61,538 nt of DNA from Longimicrobiales bacterium (GTDB lineage: Bacteria > Gemmatimonadota > Gemmatimonadetes > Longimicrobiales > Gaopeijiaceae), in contig JBFGFY010000001.1 of assembly GCA_041579355.1 (NCBI GenBank), forward strand, positions 1 to 61,538, given 5' to 3'. This document shows, one piece after another, positions 57,051 through 61,538 of the stretch. The notes below the pieces were generated by a model. The model made no database searches. It was not told the DNA's origin and saw only the letters and a program-made list of their open reading frames with translations. Position 1 is the first letter of the stretch; each line of letters starts with the position of its first letter. Both the position numbers and the translations under genes were made by a program.

Positions 57051-57458
57051 TCAGGGAGTCGGGCGCGCGACCTCGGGGAGGCCGTAGCGCGCCCACTGCG
57101 TCGGAGACTCCCACACCCGCGTGTAGACCAACCCAGCGGCCGCCGGCGCGGGGAGGCGCCGTTTCAGCTCCTCGAAGAAGTAGCGCGCCTGGTTCTCCGC
57201 GCTCGTCTCCACGTCTTCGAACTGCGGCAGCTCGTTCAGGTTCTCGTGGTCGAGGCCGTCCGCCAGCGCGCGGAGGGCGGCCTTCAGGTCGGCAAAGTCG
57301 AACGCGATCCCCGACGCGTCGAGGTGCTCGAGCTGCACGACCGCCTCCACCACGTAGCGATGGCCGTGCAGCTTGGCGCACTTGCCATCGTAGTTGCGCA
57401 GGAAGTGCGCGGCGTCGTAGTGGGCCTGGGCGCTGACGGAGTACACGTAGCCGCTCAA
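57051..57458 (-). CDS. queD: 6-carboxy-5,6,7,8-tetrahydropterin synthase (COG0720, Cx3HGH type)
   Basis: CAKLHGHRY (C-x3-HGH) and FDFADLK motifs. Start set to TTG 57458, preceded by GGAGGA. The longer track ORF would overlap the SDR gene by 70 nt. Confidence 0.8.
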   Translation of the reverse strand: MSGYVYSVSAQAHYDAAHFLRNYDGKCAKLHGHRYVVEAVVQLEHLDASGIAFDFADLKAALRALADGLDHENLNELPQFEDVETSAENQARYFFEELKRRLPAPAAAGLVYTRVWESPTQWARYGLPEVARPTP

Positions 57459-57471
57459 GGAATCCTCCTGC

Positions 57472-58191
57472 TCAGGCGTGCTCGATCTGTAGAAGCGGAA
57501 TGCGAACCGAATCGGGGCGGGTGGCCACGAAGAGGACGGCATCGGCCACGTCGTCGACCGTGATCATGGCGCTCCTCTGGGGAACGTCGTCCCGCGTCGC
57601 CGTCTGGACCGGGTCCCACAGTCCCGTATCCGTGGCGGCGGGCTCGATGAGCGTCGCGCGCACCCCGCTGCCGCGCAGCTCCTCCAGCAGCACCTCATGG
57701 TACCCACGCAGCCCGTACTTGGACGCGGAGTACGCCGCATTGCCCGGGAGCGCCTTTCGGCCCGCGACGGACCCGATGCTCACGATCAAGCCACTGCCGC
57801 GCTCGAGCATGGCGGGCAGCAAGGCTCGATTGACCAGGAACGGTCCGCGGAGGTTGATCGCGAGGCTCTCGTCGAATGCGCGCACGCTCTCGGCGTGCCC
57901 CGCTGCGAGGCCGAAGACACCCGCCGCGTTCACGACGATGTCGGGAGCTCCACCGAGCTGGTCGCCGACCTGGTCGAGAGCGGCCCAAACCTCGGCGTCG
58001 TCCGCGAGATCGGCGACGACGGCGTCGCCGCCCAGCTCCCCAGCCAGGGTCGTGACGGCCTCCGCCGACCGGGCGAGGCACCACACCCGCGCCCCCGCCT
58101 CGGCGAGCCGCTCCGCCACCTTGCGCCCGATACCGCGGCTCGCGCCCGTCACGAGCGCGGACCGCCCCGCGAGCAGCCTCGCCGTCGACAT
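57472..58191 (-). CDS. SDR-family oxidoreductase (candidate sepiapterin/pteridine reductase by context)
   Basis: TGASRGIGR cofactor motif and catalytic YSASKYGL. Located between folE and queD. Confidence 0.85.
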   Translation of the reverse strand: MSTARLLAGRSALVTGASRGIGRKVAERLAEAGARVWCLARSAEAVTTLAGELGGDAVVADLADDAEVWAALDQVGDQLGGAPDIVVNAAGVFGLAAGHAESVRAFDESLAINLRGPFLVNRALLPAMLERGSGLIVSIGSVAGRKALPGNAAYSASKYGLRGYHEVLLEELRGSGVRATLIEPAATDTGLWDPVQTATRDDVPQRSAMITVDDVADAVLFVATRPDSVRIPLLQIEHA

Positions 58192-58203
58192 GGGAGGAAG
58201 CCT

Positions 58204-58815
58204 CTACAGGGGCTCGTGCACGCTCGTGGTGAGTCGAAGGAACTCGTCGCGCGTGCGCTGGTCCTCCAGGAAGGCTCCTCGCATGGCGGAGGTGATCGTC
58301 TTCGAGTTCTGCTTCTCCACGCCCCGCATCATCATGCAGAGGTGGTACGCCTCAACCACGACGGCCACGCCCTGCGGCTGGACGGTGTCCCACATCGCCT
58401 GGGCGATCTGTTCGGTGAGGCGCTCCTGCACCTGGAAGCGGCGAGCGAAGACCTCGACCAGCCGGGCGACCTTGGAGAGCCCGACGATCCGGCCGTTCGG
58501 CACGTACGCCACGTGGACCTTGCCGAAGAAGGGCAGGAGGTGGTGCTCGCAAAGCGAGTAGAGCTCGATGTCCTTCACCAGCACCATGTTCTGGTGCGCC
58601 TCTTCGAAAAGCGCGTTGCCCAGCACGTCCTGCGGCGACTCTCCGTATCCCTTGGTGAGGAAGGACATCGACTCCGCGACCCTCTCCGGCGTCTTCTGCA
58701 TGCCAGGACGGGCCGGGTCGTCACCGAGTCGGCGAATCATCTCCGCGACGAGCTGCTCGAAGGAAACGCGCGACAGATCCGCCGAGGGCGGCGCCTGCAC
58801 TCCGGTGTCGCTCAT
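58204..58815 (-). CDS. folE: GTP cyclohydrolase I (FolE type IA)
   Basis: Track ORF trimmed to ATG 58815. Motifs [25 protein letters not shown] and [12 protein letters not shown]. Confidence 0.95.
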   Translation of the reverse strand: MSDTGVQAPPSADLSRVSFEQLVAEMIRRLGDDPARPGMQKTPERVAESMSFLTKGYGESPQDVLGNALFEEAHQNMVLVKDIELYSLCEHHLLPFFGKVHVAYVPNGRIVGLSKVARLVEVFARRFQVQERLTEQIAQAMWDTVQPQGVAVVVEAYHLCMMMRGVEKQNSKTITSAMRGAFLEDQRTRDEFLRLTTSVHEPL

Positions 58816-59255
58816 CCGATCACTCCCTCCCCGGCTCCCCGGGGACCCCAGTATTCCACCCAGTTCCGTGGCGTCTCTCGCAGGAGGACCTTCACGAGTC
58901 TGACCTCCTCCGGTAACCCGTCCTCGAGCCGGTCCCAGATCGCGACCGCGACGTTCTCGGTCGACGGGTTCACGCCCTCGAGCCACGGCACCTCGGTGTT
59001 GAGGTTCTTGTGGTCCACGTCGGCGATGACGCGCTGTTCGACCAGCTCCTTGAGGCGCTTGAGGTCCATCACGAAGCCCGTCTCCTGATCGACCGGGCCT
59101 GCGACGCTCACCTCGAGCTCGTAGTTGTGTCCGTGCCAGTTCGGATTCGAGCAGTCCCCGAAGACCGCTGCGTTGCGCTCGTCGCTCCAATCGGCCCGGA
59201 AGAGCCGATGGGCGGCGCTGAAGTGCACGAGCCGCGTGATGAGGACGTTGGGCAT
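58812..59255 (-). CDS. 6-pyruvoyl-tetrahydropterin synthase (COG0720, Cx5HGH type)
   Basis: Track ORF trimmed to ATG 59255. [18 protein letters not shown] (C-x5-HGH) and GFVMDLK motifs. Stop overlaps the folE start (ATGA). Confidence 0.85.
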   Translation of the reverse strand: MPNVLITRLVHFSAAHRLFRADWSDERNAAVFGDCSNPNWHGHNYELEVSVAGPVDQETGFVMDLKRLKELVEQRVIADVDHKNLNTEVPWLEGVNPSTENVAVAIWDRLEDGLPEEVRLVKVLLRETPRNWVEYWGPRGAGEGVIG

Positions 59256-59315
59256 GGCTGTCGGTAACACCTCAGCGGCCCGGAAGCTCCCGCGGGATCC
59301 GAGCTGGGCGAGGCT

Positions 59316-59378
59316 GGAAAGAAGCGGGGGGCCGGCGTCCGCACCACGCACTGGGCGTGGAAGGACGTCGGCCCCCGC
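59316..59378 (-). terminator. long GC-rich hairpin plus U-rich tract in the leader of the pterin operon (intrinsic terminator or attenuator candidate)
   Basis: The minus strand reads GCGGGGGCCGACGTCC-TT-CCACGC-CCAGT-GCGTGG-TGC-GGACGCCGGCCCCCCGC, followed by TTCTTTCC. It lies about 60 nt upstream of ATG 59255 and about 190 nt downstream of the nfo stop. Confidence 0.45.
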
Positions 59379-59567
59379 AGCACACCGGAGGGGAATTATT
59401 GAAGCCCGGATCTAACTTCTGGTGACCTCCTCAGGAGTTGCCGCTTTCCCCTCGAAGGGGGCCTAGCGTCGTTCCCGAGAGTCAGTCCCGGCTTCGGTTT
59501 GTTGGCTCAATAAATGAGCCCCCCGATGTGCGGATCAAATATAGGCCCTCGCCCGATGCGTCGATAG

Positions 59568-60452
59568 TCACGCGCCCCGCGCGCCGCGGAGGCGTGCAAG
59601 GTTCGCCCGGTCCGCGGCCACGGGATCGTCGCCCTTGGGTGTCTCCAAGATCTTGGGCACATGGCGGAGCCGTTCGTCGCGCATGAGCCGCCGGAAGGGC
59701 TCGAGTCCGAGCGTGCCCTCACCGATCGTCTCGTGGCGGTCCTTTCGCGAGCCCAGCGGGTGCTTCGAGTCGTTGAGGTGAACGAGCCCGAGCCGGTCGA
59801 GGCCGAGCAGGTCGTCGAAGTCGGCCCAAACCCCGTCGTAGTCCCTCACCAGGTCGTACCCCGCGCTGTACGCGTGACACGTGTCGAAGCAAATCCCGAT
59901 ACGGTCCTGCCACCGCCCGGGCACCGCATCGAGGATGGCCCGCAGCCGCTCGAAGCTGTCACCGACGGTCGTGCCGGTCCCGGCCGTGAGCTCGAGGAGC
60001 ACGCGCGGCCCGTCGCCCACGCGCTCCAGGGACTCGGCGATCCCCTTCGCATTTCGGCCGATGCCCGCCGCCACGTCCCCGTCGGTCGCATTCCCGGGGT
60101 GGGTGACGAGGAAGTCGAGCCCGAGCGCCGCGCAGCGAGCGAGCTCCGCCTCGAAAGAGCGCTGGGACATGCGCCACAGCCGGCGATCGGGTGACGACAG
60201 GTTGATCAGGTAGGAGTCGTGGGCTCCCGCCACGCGGATCCCGTGCTCCGCCCGGGCGGCCGCGAACCCGGAAGCCACCGTATCGTCGAGCGTCGGCTCG
60301 GCCCAACGGCTGGGCTGTTTCGTGAAGAGCTGCAGGACCACGGCGCCGATCTCGGCGGCGCGGGCGGGTGCGTTCTGCACGCCGCCCGCCGTCGAAACGT
60401 GTGCGCCGAGCTCGTCGGGTGCCCGCCGGGCACGTGGCGCGGGTGACATCAT
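59568..60452 (-). CDS. nfo: deoxyribonuclease IV (endonuclease IV)
   Basis: Motifs LGAHVS.AGG, VTHPG, and HLNDSK.PLGSRKDRHE.IGEG. Start is at one of two adjacent ATGs (60452 or 60449). Confidence 0.9.
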   Translation of the reverse strand: MMSPAPRARRAPDELGAHVSTAGGVQNAPARAAEIGAVVLQLFTKQPSRWAEPTLDDTVASGFAAARAEHGIRVAGAHDSYLINLSSPDRRLWRMSQRSFEAELARCAALGLDFLVTHPGNATDGDVAAGIGRNAKGIAESLERVGDGPRVLLELTAGTGTTVGDSFERLRAILDAVPGRWQDRIGICFDTCHAYSAGYDLVRDYDGVWADFDDLLGLDRLGLVHLNDSKHPLGSRKDRHETIGEGTLGLEPFRRLMRDERLRHVPKILETPKGDDPVAADRANLARLRGARGA

Positions 60453-60610
60453 GGCCGCCAAGCTCTGCAAAGTTTACCCCTCCCGGAAGCGTTTGCGGGC
60501 CGCCGCGCCCCTCCTCCGGCGCCCCCGCCTCCGCCAACACGGGGTCCAAGTGGCCGAGTCACAGCGATTTACGGCCGCAGGTCCCGGTGCGCCGTATGTT
60601 TCCCTTCCCC

Positions 60611-60624
60611 GGCACGGGACTTGT
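60611..60624 (+). promoter_or_regulatory. candidate sigma-54 promoter upstream of the hypothetical gene at 60682
   Basis: GGCACGGGACTTGT, i.e. GGCACG-N4-TTGT: perfect -24 element, correct spacing, and -12 GC replaced by GT. It lies about 58 nt before ATG 60682. Confidence 0.3.
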
Positions 60625-60681
60625 CCCCACGGGGGGCATGAGCACAACCCCCACCTGGCGTGCACGATGAGGAGGCCCAAG

Positions 60682-61128
60682 ATGCGAGTTGCGGCCGATG
60701 GATACATCGATCTACGGGACAGCCGTCGAGTCAGGACCCCGGGCTACCACGACCATGGGGTGGACCCGGTGCCCGAGGCCGAGGCCATCGCGTTCTTGCT
60801 TTCGCACAGCTTCCGGGGCCATCGCCGCGTCATCCGGGGCATGACCGTGGAGGAGCGCAAGCGCATCCGATTGGCGCTTTGGGCCGATTCGGTGTCGGAG
60901 CGCATGACCCTGGTGGACCGCGTCTGGCGTGCCATCACCGAGCCCGTCATGCCGTCGCCCGGTGAGAAGGGCCCGGAGCTGATCCAGTTGATCCGCTATG
61001 GAAATTGGGCATATCCGTTATATATCGATGGTGACGTGACGCGAGTCATTCCGCTGAGCGGCACGCCACTTGCTGAGTTACCGAAGAGGCCGAACTTCGA
61101 GTTCGACCTGGAGCGCAAAACAGCCTGA
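60682..61128 (+). CDS. hypothetical protein (no recognised family)
   Basis: Track ORF 60322-61128 trimmed to ATG 60682, preceded by AGGAGG with 6-nt spacing. Contains a locally AT-richer stretch (GGAAATTGGGCATATCCGTTATATATCGATGG). Confidence 0.5.
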   Translation: MRVAADGYIDLRDSRRVRTPGYHDHGVDPVPEAEAIAFLLSHSFRGHRRVIRGMTVEERKRIRLALWADSVSERMTLVDRVWRAITEPVMPSPGEKGPELIQLIRYGNWAYPLYIDGDVTRVIPLSGTPLAELPKRPNFEFDLERKTA

Positions 61129-61130
61129 GT

Positions 61131-61172
61131 TTGTGCCGGTGTGGTTCGACCTCGGTCGTCCCGCCGGCACAA
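61131..61172 (+). other. 9-bp-stem hairpin immediately after the stop of gene 60682-61128
   Basis: TTGTGCCGG ... CCGGCACAA, enclosing an inner CGAC-CTCG-GTCG hairpin. No T-tract follows. Confidence 0.4.
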
Positions 61173-61395
61173 AGTCCCACGCCAGTACGGGTGGGCAACA
61201 CGCCCTGGGGGGGCGTGCCAAGAGTGGCGGTAGGTGCCTAGCGCCTACCGTCACTCGCTTTTTTGGGGTCTCCATTCGCCAGCGTCGCGTGGGGCGCCTC
61301 CCGCTCGCCGGGGCCATCGCGGCACCAAGCGAGTGACGGGGGCGCAGGGAGGGCGAGCAGGGACCGGATGTGCCCCGAGGGCCACCCGGCCACTC

Positions 61396-61428
61396 GTCGG
61401 CCCCGAGGGGTGGGGGCCGTTCCGAAGT
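61396..61428. repeat. 33-bp direct repeat, copy 1 (internal GGCCCC/GGGGCC hairpin)
   Basis: GTCGGCCCCGAGGGGTGGGGGCCGTTCCGAAGT is identical to copy 2, which lies 55 bp downstream. Confidence 0.85.
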
Positions 61429-61450
61429 ACGCTTAGGGCCCCGGCAGGCC

Positions 61451-61483
61451 GTCGGCCCCGAGGGGTGGGGGCCGTTCCGAAGT
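61451..61483. repeat. 33-bp direct repeat, copy 2
   Basis: Exact copy of 61396-61428. The 22-bp segment between the copies is unique, and the sequences after each copy diverge. Confidence 0.85.
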
Positions 61484-61538
61484 GGCATCGGACAAGACGC
61501 GGGGAGCGGCGGGGGGAGTCCGCTAGAACGGAGGAACG

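Noticed and set aside
61131-61172. tRNA- or tmRNA-like GGTTCGAC element right after gene 60682-61128.
   Set aside because: The flanks cannot form a 5-bp T-stem around a 7-nt TTCGANN loop. There is no acceptor stem or CCA-proximal pairing, and no tag-peptide reading frame or ..TCCACCA end within the next 400 nt.
61229-61264. Rho-independent terminator for gene 60682-61128 (GGTAGGTGC-CTA-GCGCCTACC followed by TTTTTT).
   Set aside because: Nine nucleotides separate the stem from the T-run, and the hairpin lies 100 nt after the stop codon. The T-run is instead part of a longer-range inverted repeat. I cannot exclude termination, but it is not a canonical terminator.
61396-61483. Possible CRISPR array: 33-bp repeats with an internal palindrome, starting with GTCG.
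   Set aside because: Only two copies are present, separated by a 22-bp spacer that is too short. No third repeat occurs in the 55 nt that follow, and no cas genes are in the window. I keep it as a generic direct repeat. Sequence beyond the window could change this.
61078-61488. 136-aa minus-strand ORF covering the structured non-coding tail.
   Set aside because: The translation is low-complexity and Pro/Arg/Gly-rich. It overlaps the 3' end of gene 60682-61128 and runs through the direct repeats and hairpins. There is no RBS and no family resemblance.
1-61538. Search for mobile elements, prophage or defence genes, toxin-antitoxin pairs, and rRNA or tRNA genes.
   Set aside because: I found no transposase, integrase, recombinase, restriction, Cas, reverse-transcriptase or phage structural signatures in any frame. 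I found no terminal inverted repeats flanking a gene block and no T-loop/anticodon-arm architecture in the intergenic regions I could inspect by eye.

Overview
Very GC-rich (judged by eye, not computed) bacterial chromosomal segment. It is densely coding: I support about 64 protein-coding genes. I found no rRNA or tRNA, no transposase or integrase, and no CRISPR array I can defend. Most long ORFs antisense to or overlapping the called genes look like GC-driven artefacts. Many track ORFs needed 5' trimming to an internal ATG/GTG/TTG that follows the upstream stop codon, often as a 4-nt ATGA/GTGA/TTGA overlap.

Content is a mix of housekeeping and envelope functions. Housekeeping genes include rtcB plus archease, pncB, apbE, an S46 peptidase, an acyl-CoA dehydrogenase, an isocitrate dehydrogenase family enzyme, msrB, ilvE, pcm, a TRAP transporter, folE, nfo, cutA and an acyl-CoA ligase. 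There are also many lipoproteins and envelope proteins of unknown function. The PadR plus duplicated orphan FtsX permease (ADOP) pair and the general gene content suggest an Acidobacteriota/Gemmatimonadota-like organism; this is inference only.

Regions most worth a second look:
1. A compact sigma-54 unit (2201-6681) with a near-consensus -24/-12 promoter, a degenerate-receiver EBP, a TPR protein and two paralogous acidic lipoproteins.
2. An uncharacterised ATP-grasp/alpha-E/transglutaminase triad flanked by a CcmH-like protein and a signal-peptide-bearing Pcm (29475-34255).
3. A seven-gene transglutaminase-like/ABC/TerB/glycine-zipper/mini-membrane-protein cluster (45536-51418).
4. A tetrahydropterin-type cluster with both Cx5HGH and Cx3HGH COG0720 paralogues, FolE and an SDR (56386-59255). 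It is preceded by a 312-nt, lower-GC leader containing a terminator-like hairpin.
5. A highly structured non-coding tail with two 33-bp hairpin-containing direct repeats at the window edge (61129-61538).

All functional calls rest on motif recognition from memory. No database search was run.
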